Below, piece by piece: positions 20,398 through 30,022 of a stretch of 64,000 bases of DNA. Location of the stretch: contig CAWCKY010000007.1 of assembly GCA_963796275.1 (NCBI GenBank), forward strand, positions 704,001 through 768,000, read 5' to 3'. The notes under the pieces were generated by a model, which was given only the letters and a program-made list of their open reading frames with translations, did not search any database and was not told the origin of the DNA. Source of the DNA: an uncultured Acidobacteriota bacterium. Its GTDB lineage: Bacteria; Acidobacteriota; Blastocatellia; RBC074. The translations under genes and the position numbers were made by a program. Position 1 is the stretch's first letter; every line of letters starts with the position of its first letter.

Positions 20398-21744
20398 ATG
20401 AGAATGAAGATTACATTTATATCTTGCAGTTGCGCACTGGCGATGACCATCGCCGGCGCCGTTGCAAATGCTCAAGAGAAACAGGAGGAAAAAACGGCTC
20501 AACCTGCCCAATCTATATGGGAGGTTCCGGCACCCAACGGAACGCCGCGCAATTTGTTGATGCCGGGCTTCCCGGGCACCAGAGTTGCTCTCGAGGCGGG
20601 TATGAGCTGGACGATGCAGGGCCCGGATCGAACTATTCAATTCGCCTCAGCGGAGATGGGATTCGAAAACAAGGTAGTTCTGAATGCGGCTTTCTCCGGA
20701 GAGATGGTTTGCGAGAATATTCAAACGTTGAGCGATGGCAACCGGATCATAAATAGATCGACTATCTCGATGTTTCGAGATGGCCTGGGCAGGACTCGCC
20801 GCGAGCAGGTATTCAATCTGCCGGGTCAAGCCGCCGGCGGGCCGAATGAACGCAGAATGATCCATATCAGCGATGTGGTGGGAAAAACGATATATAGCAT
20901 CGATCCGACCAATCGCAGCGCGACCAAGTCAGTGATCGGATCCTTCATTACCCCCTCGGGCGCCCGGGCGACTGCGGGAGCAATGGTTCTGCCCGTGCCG
21001 AATGTCGCGGGCAGGCAGATGAGACTCTCGGGTGGCGTGTTGGAGGGGAGCGCGATCAAAAAAGTTGCGCCCGCTTACCCTATTCCAGCAAGGGAGGCGC
21101 GTGCTCAGGGTCAAGTGCAGGTGAATGTCACGGTCGACGAATCCGGTAATGTCATTTCGGCCGAGGTGGCGAGCGGCCATCCATTGCTACGTGATGCTGC
21201 GCTCGAGGCAGCCAGACAATGGAAGTTCAAGCCGACGACGGTCGGGAGTGAAGCGGTAAAGGTTCAGGGTCTATTAACCTTCAACTTCACGCTTCATGGC
21301 AAAGCTGAAGCGCCGGAGCCGGAGCCGGGGCAGGTTGCGTTCAGCACACCGCCGTTGGCGGCGATGCCGATGATCGACCTCGGCAATCGCGTCAAGGGCG
21401 AGAGCCGGACCGAGCAACTTGGTACGCAGATGGTCGAAGGGATCGCCGCTGAAGGCGCCCGTACTACTACCACGATCCCAGCCGGTGCAATCGGTAACGA
21501 AAGAGATATCAATATCGTTAGCGAGCGCTGGTACTCGCCCGAGCTGCAAATGGTCATTCTGATGAAGCACGTCGATCCGCGTTACGGTGAGACTACTCAG
21601 CGATTGTCCAACATCGACCGCAACGAGCCCGATGCATCGCTCTTCCAGGTCCCTGATGGATATGAAGTCAAGGAAGGATTCGGAATGAAATTCCTGGAAC
21701 AGAGGCTCGAGGAGATGAAAAAGCGGCGAGAGAACGAACAATGA
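20398..21744 (+). CDS. Periplasmic protein (DUF4412/LolA-like candidate) with an inserted TonB C-terminal domain
   Basis: Signal peptide; RDGLGRTRRE and IPAGAIGN/WYSPELQ halves flank PAYPIPAREARAQGQV...AARQWKFKP. Confidence 0.8.
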   Translation: MRMKITFISCSCALAMTIAGAVANAQEKQEEKTAQPAQSIWEVPAPNGTPRNLLMPGFPGTRVALEAGMSWTMQGPDRTIQFASAEMGFENKVVLNAAFSGEMVCENIQTLSDGNRIINRSTISMFRDGLGRTRREQVFNLPGQAAGGPNERRMIHISDVVGKTIYSIDPTNRSATKSVIGSFITPSGARATAGAMVLPVPNVAGRQMRLSGGVLEGSAIKKVAPAYPIPAREARAQGQVQVNVTVDESGNVISAEVASGHPLLRDAALEAARQWKFKPTTVGSEAVKVQGLLTFNFTLHGKAEAPEPEPGQVAFSTPPLAAMPMIDLGNRVKGESRTEQLGTQMVEGIAAEGARTTTTIPAGAIGNERDINIVSERWYSPELQMVILMKHVDPRYGETTQRLSNIDRNEPDASLFQVPDGYEVKEGFGMKFLEQRLEEMKKRRENEQ

Positions 21745-21839
21745 TAATTGGACGCCACCTTTGATTGACGCTATGCGACTTGAACTCGTATGTAAATAAT
21801 TACCTCAGTTATTTCGAGGTGGTCATCGAATAAGCCCCG

Positions 21840-21943
21840 TTCACCGCAGAAGCGCGGAGAACGTAGAGGAGGCGGCAGCGGAGGGACTGGTACCTCCGCT
21901 GTTCTATGCCTTTCCTATACGCTCTCCACGCCTCTGTGGTGAA
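21840..21943. repeat. 9-mer-based palindromic intergenic element
   Basis: TTCACCGCAGAAGCGCGGAGAACGTAGAG ... CTATACGCTCTCCACGCCTCTGTGGTGAA. Confidence 0.6.
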
Positions 21944-21980
21944 CGTGCTTTCATCTCTCGACCCAACTTCGGAGGTCCCT

Positions 21981-24900
21981 TTGCCGATTCGAAGAACTAT
22001 CTGCCTCGCACTAACCCTCACTCTCTTGAGTCTGGCCTCGCTTTCATTCGCGCAGCAAAAAACCGTTAGCAATCCAGCGCTCAACAGCCTCGCCGGGCAT
22101 CTTTCCGAAGCCAGCTCGGATGCTGAAAGAGAATCACTGCTGGCGAAGGAGCCTGATAAAGTGACGCGTGAGCTCTTGGACTTGCTTATAACACGGGGCG
22201 ACCAGGAGTTTATGAAGGCCAACTATCCGCGGGCATTCAACCTGCTCCAGAGCTCGAGGCTGGTTGCTGAACGGCTCGGTGATAAAAAAGAGGTGGCGAC
22301 GGCATGGCAGAATCTGGGGGTCGTTCATTTCGCCGAGAAACGTTACCGACAGGCGTGGGAGTCTTATCAAAATTCGCTGGCGATCAATGAAGAGTTGGGA
22401 CGAAAAACTGAGGCCGCGCGGCTATTGACGAGCATCGGGCTGGTTCAGTCGGCGATGGGTCAGCCCGAGGCATCTCTCGCGTATTTTCAGCGCGGATTGA
22501 AAATTCACGAGGACCTGGGGGATAAGATCAGCGTCGCAGGGGTTTTGGACAACATCGCCGAGCTGCACCTCGAACGAGGTAACTACGGACTCGCCTCGGA
22601 GAATTATCGGAAGGCGCTGGCGATTTATATAGAGGCCGGGGTCACAGACGTCGTCGCCAATCAATTGCGCAAGCTCGCTGAGCTTGAATATGAGCAGGGA
22701 AACGACCAAGCCGCGCTAGATCTTTATCACAGGGCTCTGGCGAAGTTCGACGAGATCAAGAACAGGAAGAGTCGCGGTTACATCCTGCACACCATCGCAA
22801 ATTTTCATTATACGCAGGGTGATTATGCGCGGGCATTGGGTTATTACCAGGCAAGTCTCACGGCCGCGGAGGAATCAGGCAGTAATGAAGGGGCCTCGGG
22901 CGCATTGCTGGGAATCGGACTCGTTCATTCTCTGAACGGCAATTACGTTCAGGCATTTCAGGCTTACGAGAAGAATCTTGGCATAGCGCAATCGCTCGGC
23001 CGGAAGGATACGCTCGCCATGGCGCATGAGAAGCTGGGGGGCGCGTATTACAACCTGCTCGACTATGCGAAAGCCCTGGAGTCATACCAGAAGGAGCTGG
23101 CTCTGCGCGTGGAACTCGGAAATCAGGAAGGGATCGCCGGATCGTTGCTCGATCTCGGCATCGTCTACACTGCGCGTGGCGAATACGACAAAGCGCTCGA
23201 CCATAATCAACGGAGCAGAGTGAAATTCGAAGCCGCCGGCAACATTAAGGGCATGGCTACCGCCCTACTGAATTCGAGTGAAGCCTACTATCTGATCACC
23301 GATTATGCTAAGACGCTCGAATTCGTCGGGCAGGCGGCTAAAACGTCGGTGCAGGCTGGCGATATGAACCTCTTCTGGCAGGCGCGCTATCGAGCCGGTA
23401 AAGCGCATTACAAGCTGGGGCAACTAGATGCGGCTAAAGATGCCTTCACCGAGGCCATCACCACCATCGAGACGAAAATACCTCTGATCAGCAGTACCCA
23501 GCAACCGCGTTATTTTTCCGAGGGGAAACTTGCGCCGTATCTTGGGATGGTCGATGTCCTGATTGCGCAAGGGCAGGGGAACGAGGCATTCGATTACTCG
23601 GAACGCGCCCGGGCCAGAGCGTTGCTCGTCATCTTGAAGAATGCGAGAGTGTGGATCAACAAGACGATGACGCCCGCGGAACAAAGGCGCGAGAGTAAGT
23701 ATCTCACCGAAATCGCTACGCTCTCCAACCGGATTTTCCGTGAAATGGAGCATGCGCGCCCAAATAAAGAACGCCTCGACGATCTGAATTCCCGTCGATC
23801 GAAAACTCAGCTCGAATACGATTCGTTCAAAAAGGGACTTTATGCGCGCCGACCTCTGTTGCAGGCAATGCGTGGTGAGGGGCAACCGTTGACTGTTCTC
23901 CAGGCCGCCAGATTGGCGACCGATCCGAAGACCGTGTTGTTGAATTTCGTTGAAACGGAAGAACGAGCCTACCTCTTCGCTTTTGCGAGGAACCGGAAGG
24001 GCATTACGCGAAAAGATCGAAGCAGGCCGGCATCCCCGATGCAGTTGCTCAAGATTTATGTGCTCAGCACAAATCGCGCAGATTTGGATGCGCGTATATC
24101 GGCCTATCGGCGGTTGCTCCAGCATCAAAATACTGAGATCGCAGATATAGAATCAAAATCGCGCGAATTATATGATCTGCTGCTCAGACCCGCGGAAGAG
24201 CAGTTGGCGGGAAGGACCCAGATGGTCATCGTGCCCGATGGTAGCTTGTGGAATCTGCCATTCCAGTCTTTACTATCGGGGCAAACGGAGCAGGCTGAGC
24301 AAACGGGGCAAACGGGGCAAACGGGGCAGGCGGGGCAGGCGGGGCAAATCGAACAAGCAGCAAACGGGCGTTATCTGATCGCGGATTATGCCATTTCATA
24401 TGTGCCCTCAATGACGGCATATCGCTCTATTCTAGCGATTCGTGGCAGACCGCGTAAAAGTGATAATCGGGAATTGCTCGTTTTCGGTAATCCGGCTTCC
24501 AGTCGAGAATCATCGCAGCGCATCAAGGCGATGCTTCCGGCAGATGAGATGGATCAATTGAATGAGCGGCAGAGCGAGGTCGAGGAGTTAGGAAAGCTAT
24601 ATGGTGGGCGAAGCCAAACATTCTCCGGTTCAGACGCGCGCGTCGACAAATTCAAAGACGAAAGCGGAAAGTACAGATTACTTCATCTGGCCACGCGCGG
24701 AGTGTTCAGCGATGCGATTCCGCTCTTTTCGCCCGTCGTCTTCTCGCCAACTGAGGATATCAGGAATGATGGTGTGCTCGAGGTCAGGGAACTCGTGGGC
24801 ATGAATTTGAAAGCTGAACTGACAGTGGTATCGGCGAGCGATGTGCCTTCAATACGTGGCGGAGGAGGCAGGGCGATGACCGGATTATCGTGGGCCTTTT

Positions 24901-25133
24901 ATATTGCCGGATGCCCGTCGACGATGATCAGCCATTGGCGGACGGATTCGCAGGCCGCAACCGAGCTGATGCTGGAGTTTCACCGTAACCTCAGGGCAGC
25001 GCTGCAAAATTCGCGGGCGAATGGGGCAAAAGCCAGATCGTGGCAGATGGCTGTCAAACAATATCTCGGAAAAGCGGAATACCGGCATCCGTTTTATTGG
25101 GCGGGATTTGAATTGTTGGGTAACGGGCACTAG
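21981..25133 (+). CDS. Secreted TPR-CHAT domain protein, predicted catalytically inactive
   Basis: TTG 21981 after GGAGGT; signal peptide; many TPRs; IVPDGSLWNLPF and HPFYWAGF; dyad positions read HLATRG and VSAS. Confidence 0.9.
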   Translation: MPIRRTICLALTLTLLSLASLSFAQQKTVSNPALNSLAGHLSEASSDAERESLLAKEPDKVTRELLDLLITRGDQEFMKANYPRAFNLLQSSRLVAERLGDKKEVATAWQNLGVVHFAEKRYRQAWESYQNSLAINEELGRKTEAARLLTSIGLVQSAMGQPEASLAYFQRGLKIHEDLGDKISVAGVLDNIAELHLERGNYGLASENYRKALAIYIEAGVTDVVANQLRKLAELEYEQGNDQAALDLYHRALAKFDEIKNRKSRGYILHTIANFHYTQGDYARALGYYQASLTAAEESGSNEGASGALLGIGLVHSLNGNYVQAFQAYEKNLGIAQSLGRKDTLAMAHEKLGGAYYNLLDYAKALESYQKELALRVELGNQEGIAGSLLDLGIVYTARGEYDKALDHNQRSRVKFEAAGNIKGMATALLNSSEAYYLITDYAKTLEFVGQAAKTSVQAGDMNLFWQARYRAGKAHYKLGQLDAAKDAFTEAITTIETKIPLISSTQQPRYFSEGKLAPYLGMVDVLIAQGQGNEAFDYSERARARALLVILKNARVWINKTMTPAEQRRESKYLTEIATLSNRIFREMEHARPNKERLDDLNSRRSKTQLEYDSFKKGLYARRPLLQAMRGEGQPLTVLQAARLATDPKTVLLNFVETEERAYLFAFARNRKGITRKDRSRPASPMQLLKIYVLSTNRADLDARISAYRRLLQHQNTEIADIESKSRELYDLLLRPAEEQLAGRTQMVIVPDGSLWNLPFQSLLSGQTEQAEQTGQTGQTGQAGQAGQIEQAANGRYLIADYAISYVPSMTAYRSILAIRGRPRKSDNRELLVFGNPASSRESSQRIKAMLPADEMDQLNERQSEVEELGKLYGGRSQTFSGSDARVDKFKDESGKYRLLHLATRGVFSDAIPLFSPVVFSPTEDIRNDGVLEVRELVGMNLKAELTVVSASDVPSIRGGGGRAMTGLSWAFYIAGCPSTMISHWRTDSQAATELMLEFHRNLRAALQNSRANGAKARSWQMAVKQYLGKAEYRHPFYWAGFELLGNGH

Positions 25134-25214
25134 GAAAGTAAGAAAGAATCAAAACACAAAAGGGTTTTCTGCTTCAATGTATGGGGCACCTGTTTGAAGT
25201 ACCCATGGTGTACC

Positions 25215-25477
25215 CGTTTGGAGTTCCGCGTTTGAGATCGCGTTCGGATTCGCGTTTGGAGTTCCGCGTTTACGCGGTCTTTATCTTCGGATGATTTCCT
25301 GACCGCCTGAAGGCGGAACTCCGAACTTCGCGTTTGGAGTTCCGCGTTTACGCGGTCTTTATCTTTCGGATGATTTCCTGACCGCCTGAAGGCGGAACTC
25401 CGAACTTCGCGTTTGGAGTTCCGCGTTTACGCGGTCTTTATCTTTCAGATGATTTCTGACTGCCTAAAGAGGCGGAA
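25215..25477. repeat. Tandem REP cluster: about 3 palindromic units of 78-79 bp
   Basis: Unit GTTTGGAGTTCCGCGTTTACGCGGTC...GACCGCCTGAAGGCGGAACTCCGAAC starting near 25249, 25327 and 25406 (degenerate), plus a fragment at 25215. Confidence 0.85.
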
Positions 25478-25509
25478 TAGTCAGTACCCCCCAATCCTGG
25501 CTCGACAGT

Positions 25510-26412
25510 TTATTTGTCGAATATGTATCTAATCTGTAGATACAGGGAAAATTGCACTACCGGCTCGGTAACAATCGGATTGATTATGTAATCGAAATTA
25601 CCAGCGTCTTGAGTATTGAAGAAGAACGTCTCGTCCTTTCGCGCATCATTAACGCGATTTCGATCACTGAAAGCGCTTTCGCTCACGTTACCCGATTCAA
25701 ATGCCACATATGAGTCATAAGATTTTGCAGGAAAAATTGTGTTGTAAATTTCCTGAGTGATTTGAATCTGTGAACGGAATTTCAATCCCAGTAATTTGTC
25801 ATAACGACCGGCCTTCTCCTTGATTATTCGAGCGCTCTCTTCAAACAATCGTTCACGAACTGCTGTCGCATCATTGATCAGGTAATCGACTTTAACGAGG
25901 TCGTAAACATTCGATTTGGCTGCTGCGGCCATCAGTTTGTTCATCAATTCTTTCTCCTTGAAGTGAACGGAGACGGTCTTCTTGACAATGAATCCGGTTG
26001 CCTTTTCATTGGCCACGGTCCCTTTGATTTGATAATCATAGGTTCGAGTCTGCGTGGTATGATCGATCATCACATCTTCTGATCTAAAGCCGATATTTTT
26101 CAGTTCGCCACTGAAATTCTCGATTTGAGGATCGAGCTTCCGAATGCATTCCTGAATAGTGCGCCCCTCCTGTGAGAGGCCGAACATCGCTACATACTCG
26201 TCGGCTTTTATATTTATCTGAATATGCGCGGGAATTAACATTCCCGAATTATCCGGCATGGGAATCGCGCCGAGGGAAACCGGCGTACTTCCAAGTTTGC
26301 GATTTGCTTCCGAGTAAACTATGTTTCCACTGTTTTGGGCATGAACTTCAGCTGAAATTGCAATTATGCATGCAAGTAGACACAAGTATATTTTCATTTT
26401 CACATCCTCCAA
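25510..26412 (-). CDS. SIMPL (DUF541)-like periplasmic protein
   Basis: Signal peptide (start 26397-26412); IKADEYVAMFGLSQEG, VRERLFEES..IIKEKA pattern; AT-rich. Confidence 0.7.
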   Translation of the reverse strand: MEDVKMKIYLCLLACIIAISAEVHAQNSGNIVYSEANRKLGSTPVSLGAIPMPDNSGMLIPAHIQINIKADEYVAMFGLSQEGRTIQECIRKLDPQIENFSGELKNIGFRSEDVMIDHTTQTRTYDYQIKGTVANEKATGFIVKKTVSVHFKEKELMNKLMAAAAKSNVYDLVKVDYLINDATAVRERLFEESARIIKEKAGRYDKLLGLKFRSQIQITQEIYNTIFPAKSYDSYVAFESGNVSESAFSDRNRVNDARKDETFFFNTQDAGNFDYIINPIVTEPVVQFSLYLQIRYIFDK

Positions 26413-26461
26413 ATCTATTCATCAAACTGTCTTTGTTGGATCCTGGTAGGTAGACCGAACT

Positions 26462-27295
26462 CTATTGTTTCGGCCGAATCTTCTTGCTTTTATGCTTAGA
26501 ATGGGCAGGCAAGCTGAAGAGTGAGCTATCAGGTGTGGTGCGGTTGATATTGTGCAGTCGGTAGATCGTTTCCCCCCAGCGCGGATCGCTGTGTTTACTT
26601 AACAGAATCGTTTGCAGATCCGGCGCATACCACCGTTCGTGTACGATCTCGATCGGTTTGTCGTTGCCGATCCTGCCCGCTGGAATCAGGATCGTAGTGC
26701 GCGTCCCCTCAGCTACGAAGCCTTCGATCACATCTTTGCCGAGAGATTCGATACGGCCGCTCTCGGATGACACTTCTGTCTCGGGAAGCTCACCGTTATT
26801 TGTCGTGGACATCGTTTTCGTGAACGCCGTGTCGCTCTCCGGGATTATCGTAGATGAAACGCCTGCGACCGGGTCGTTGATGAAGATCAGGTGTTGCTTA
26901 TCGTTACTGGTAGCGAAGGGCCCGGCAGTCGCTCCCGACTGCTCGCGCCGCGTCCGCCCTTCGCTGTCGCGGTAGACCGTGCCGGTAGTCCGGCGCGCCA
27001 GCTTTGTCCCGTCGCCTAATATTTGCGTAGTTTCAGCGACCATGTTGGCTGAATAGGGTATGTGCTTCACCACTTTCCCGATGAAGCTCATCTCGGACGA
27101 GATGAAACGCAGACCCGGCTCAGCCGTACCAGGTCTGCGCACGGGAGCCTCCTTCGGGCGCGGCTCCCGTGCACTACTCCCTGGCACGGCACCGTTCTCA
27201 CCTGCGATGGGAGGCCTGGCTGCCTGGGCGTTGACTAGTACGCTGCCGATCAAAAGCATTGCAAGGGTCGTGAACACTCTCATGATATTTCGCAT
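26462..27295 (-). CDS. Periplasmic protein, paralog of 20398-21744 without the TonB domain (cassette B)
   Basis: SSEMSF, PYSA, YRDSEGRTRRE, ESLG, IPAGRIGN, WYAPDLQ, DPRWGET. Confidence 0.85.
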   Translation of the reverse strand: MRNIMRVFTTLAMLLIGSVLVNAQAARPPIAGENGAVPGSSAREPRPKEAPVRRPGTAEPGLRFISSEMSFIGKVVKHIPYSANMVAETTQILGDGTKLARRTTGTVYRDSEGRTRREQSGATAGPFATSNDKQHLIFINDPVAGVSSTIIPESDTAFTKTMSTTNNGELPETEVSSESGRIESLGKDVIEGFVAEGTRTTILIPAGRIGNDKPIEIVHERWYAPDLQTILLSKHSDPRWGETIYRLHNINRTTPDSSLFSLPAHSKHKSKKIRPKQ

Positions 27296-27310
27296 TTCGT
27301 TATCCCTGTT

Positions 27311-28081
27311 TCAATTGATGATGCGCACGGCGCGCGCCACACCATCCTCGCCGATTATTATGTCGGCTTTGATCAACCCTTCGCCGCGATCAATATTGAC
27401 CGGCAATCCCATCGACAGAAGCATCGAGCGCGAGATTTCAACGCGCACTATCTGGACGAACTCTGTCGGCCCGGATTTCGCGACGAATGTCAGCGGGAAA
27501 ATGTCGCCGGCAGCTTCAGCGCTCTCTTTTACTGGAGGCATGCGGCGCCGGCCGCCCCTGGCGGATGGTCGTATAACTTTCGGTGAATGAATTTCGCCTG
27601 TTCGCTTGGCCTGGGGCGTCGCTTCCAGTCCTTGACCCGGAGGATTTTGCGGCGATGGGTGATTAACCACGTCAGCCGGGTTGTTGTCGACTTGCGCGCC
27701 CTGCTCGCGCTGCCATAGCACACTGGCGATAGTAGAGATCAGCAACATAGCAGCGGCTGCCATTCTCCAGAGCAGCCTGCGACGTGCAGGCCATTGCAAA
27801 ACAGGCGGAGATGCGGCGGCCGCCTGCCGCTCGTCGAAGGCCGCACGCAATACCGATCTAACTCTCTCCGGCGCATTCATCGCTGCCTCTTCGACTGCGA
27901 GTGCCTGTAATCCGGCTGTCATCTTTCGCTCACGATTGAGCCGCGAGGCGCATTGCGCGCAACTTTCTGCATGCTCCAAGGCGATCGCATGCCCCGGGAC
28001 ATGCCCCGGGCCTTCCATCAAATGATGGCGGTCGATATCGATGATCGTTCGGTCAAACTCCTCGCAATTCATGCTGGGCAC
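27311..28081 (-). CDS. Zinc-binding transmembrane anti-sigma factor (cassette B)
   Basis: HAESCAQC; one TM; IKADIIIGEDGVARAVRI. Confidence 0.85.
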   Translation of the reverse strand: MPSMNCEEFDRTIIDIDRHHLMEGPGHVPGHAIALEHAESCAQCASRLNRERKMTAGLQALAVEEAAMNAPERVRSVLRAAFDERQAAAASPPVLQWPARRRLLWRMAAAAMLLISTIASVLWQREQGAQVDNNPADVVNHPSPQNPPGQGLEATPQAKRTGEIHSPKVIRPSARGGRRRMPPVKESAEAAGDIFPLTFVAKSGPTEFVQIVRVEISRSMLLSMGLPVNIDRGEGLIKADIIIGEDGVARAVRIIN

Positions 28082-28692
28082 CTCGACAAATTTACATTTT
28101 TTTGCGGCGCATCGGAGGCTTTCATGGCTTCCAGCTTTTCCGCCAACAATGCGCGCGCACGATGCAGGCGCGAGCGCACTGTGCCGACCTCGCAGCCGAT
28201 CACTTGAGCGGCTTCGATATAACTCAATTCGTGCAGATAGCAGAGCAACACCACTTCGCGATAATGCGCGGGCAATGCGAGCACCGCTCGCCGTACAGTT
28301 TCAACTATCTCATCACGCGCCAGATCAGCCAGCGGATCATTCTGTGCTATCAACCGGTCAGCTGTAGGCGCATCGTCCGATTCAACCCGCTCGTCGATTG
28401 CAAGCGCGACGAACCATCGCTCACGTTGAAGACGTCGCCAGATGCGATGCCGTGCTATCGTGAATATATAAGCGGCAAAGCTGCCGCGCCCGCTGTATTG
28501 GCGGCCGTCGCGCATCAATGTCAGAAAGACCTCTTGCGTCACATCTTCAGCGATCGTTTCAGAGCCGCTCATTCGCAGAGCAAACCGGTAAAGCGAAGAT
28601 TGCCACCGCTCATAAAGACGCTCAAATGCCCCACCGTCTCCAGCCAGCATCAGCTGCAACAATTCCATATCGCTAGAGGTAGGGAGCGCCAT
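28069..28692 (-). CDS. ECF RNA polymerase sigma factor (cassette B)
   Basis: YRFALRMSGSETIAEDVTQEVF and GTVRSRLHRAR; close paralog of 18890-19543. Confidence 0.95.
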   Translation of the reverse strand: MALPTSSDMELLQLMLAGDGGAFERLYERWQSSLYRFALRMSGSETIAEDVTQEVFLTLMRDGRQYSGRGSFAAYIFTIARHRIWRRLQRERWFVALAIDERVESDDAPTADRLIAQNDPLADLARDEIVETVRRAVLALPAHYREVVLLCYLHELSYIEAAQVIGCEVGTVRSRLHRARALLAEKLEAMKASDAPQKNVNLSRCPA

Positions 28693-28862
28693 TAATATTT
28701 AAATCCTATATCAATTGAAAATAGTGCAAATCTGAAAATCGTGGTAATCAAATTCCAACATAATCAGTCGTTAAGCAACTCAGTGGAGGAGACACGAAAT
28801 GTTTACCGCATTCTTTCATTCAAATCTCGCCAACACCGCTGATAGCTAGCCTGACATCAGAG

Positions 28863-28890
28863 TAGAGACATCGAGCGGATGAATAGTTCC
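28863..28890 (-). promoter_or_regulatory. Candidate ECF promoter GGAAC-N16-GTCT
   Basis: Minus strand GGAACTATTCATCCGCTCGATGTCTCTA, about 170 bp upstream of sigma B. Confidence 0.45.
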
Positions 28891-28951
28891 ACGAAAATTG
28901 GATTTCATGACTAAGATCAGAAGAAAATTGACAAACAAAATCGCAAAAGAG

Positions 28952-29974
28952 TCACGAGTGAGGAAGTTCTTCGGTATTCTCGCTCACAGCGCCGCTTCTA
29001 CCCATGTACAAATTTTCAAGCTGTAGCAATAAAATACCCCCCAGCACCGCGCCTCCGCCCAGTATTTGCAGCGGCTCCAACTTTTCATTCAACCATAACC
29101 AGGCGACTACTGTAGCGACGACCGGCTCCAGCATGGAAGTTAGGCTGCTGCGGCTCGGTTCCAGGTGACGCAGGCTCGCCAAAAAAAGGCCGAAAGGGAT
29201 GACGGTTGCTACCGCGGCAAGATAGAGAAATAAAACGAGAGTCTTTAGATCGTAATTACCCCAGGGAAGGGTCCAGAGGGGCCGAATGATGATCCACATC
29301 AATCCGGCGAAGAGGAATGCATAAGCCATCATCGTGCGCGAATCGTGGCGCGCCAGGCCTCGTTTTCCATAAATCGTATAAAATGCGAAGCCGAACGCCG
29401 AGCCGAGTGCGCAGAACGTGCCGGGCAGCGAAACCCGCGCAACCCCACCCGACTGACCGAACACCATCATCATGCAGCCGGCTATCGCCGTGAATGCTGC
29501 GATTATCTTCCCGCCGGTCATTCGCTCCGTCTTCGTTAACACACCATAAATCATCAGAATAATAGGCGCGAGATATTGGATCAGCAGCGCGTATCCGACG
29601 CTCACCATCGAGAGCGAGAGATAGTAAAAACCTTGATTGGCGACCAGGCCGATTGCCCCGAGCAGAGCGAACAACGGCAGATCCTGAGGCCTGACACGTA
29701 TGAGCCGTGGTGATGTTACTCCGAGCCAAAAGAATAGGATCAACGCAGCGAGCGAGGTGCGGAAGATGAGCAGCTCATCGGGATCCATCTTGCGGTTCAG
29801 GAGGAATTTCGTCACGACGCCCGAAAATCCCCACAACACGGCAGCGCTCGCCGCAAGCAAATATCCCCTTACGGTGTGTGATTGGTGGTTCTGTGATGCC
29901 GCCGTTTTTGTCGTCTTACCCACTGTGATGTAGAGGAGACCATACGAAACAATCAGCGAGGTAGTCAGCCTCAA
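28952..29974 (-). CDS. EamA/DMT family transporter
   Basis: About 10 TM segments, two EamA repeats, LEPVVAT; start uncertain. Confidence 0.9.
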   Translation of the reverse strand: MRLTTSLIVSYGLLYITVGKTTKTAASQNHQSHTVRGYLLAASAAVLWGFSGVVTKFLLNRKMDPDELLIFRTSLAALILFFWLGVTSPRLIRVRPQDLPLFALLGAIGLVANQGFYYLSLSMVSVGYALLIQYLAPIILMIYGVLTKTERMTGGKIIAAFTAIAGCMMMVFGQSGGVARVSLPGTFCALGSAFGFAFYTIYGKRGLARHDSRTMMAYAFLFAGLMWIIIRPLWTLPWGNYDLKTLVLFLYLAAVATVIPFGLFLASLRHLEPSRSSLTSMLEPVVATVVAWLWLNEKLEPLQILGGGAVLGGILLLQLENLYMGRSGAVSENTEELPHS

Positions 29975-30022
29975 ATGGCCGATTGCGGGTGACTGCTCGT
30001 TATCGCTCGCATTACTGAACGC

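Noticed and set aside
21981-25133. Type III-E Craspase (Csx29) system
   Set aside because: No Cas7-11, Csx30 or array; the protein is exported and lacks the catalytic dyad.
25215-25477. Possible CRISPR array
   Set aside because: Sequences between repeats are essentially identical, each unit is one long hairpin, and no cas genes are present.
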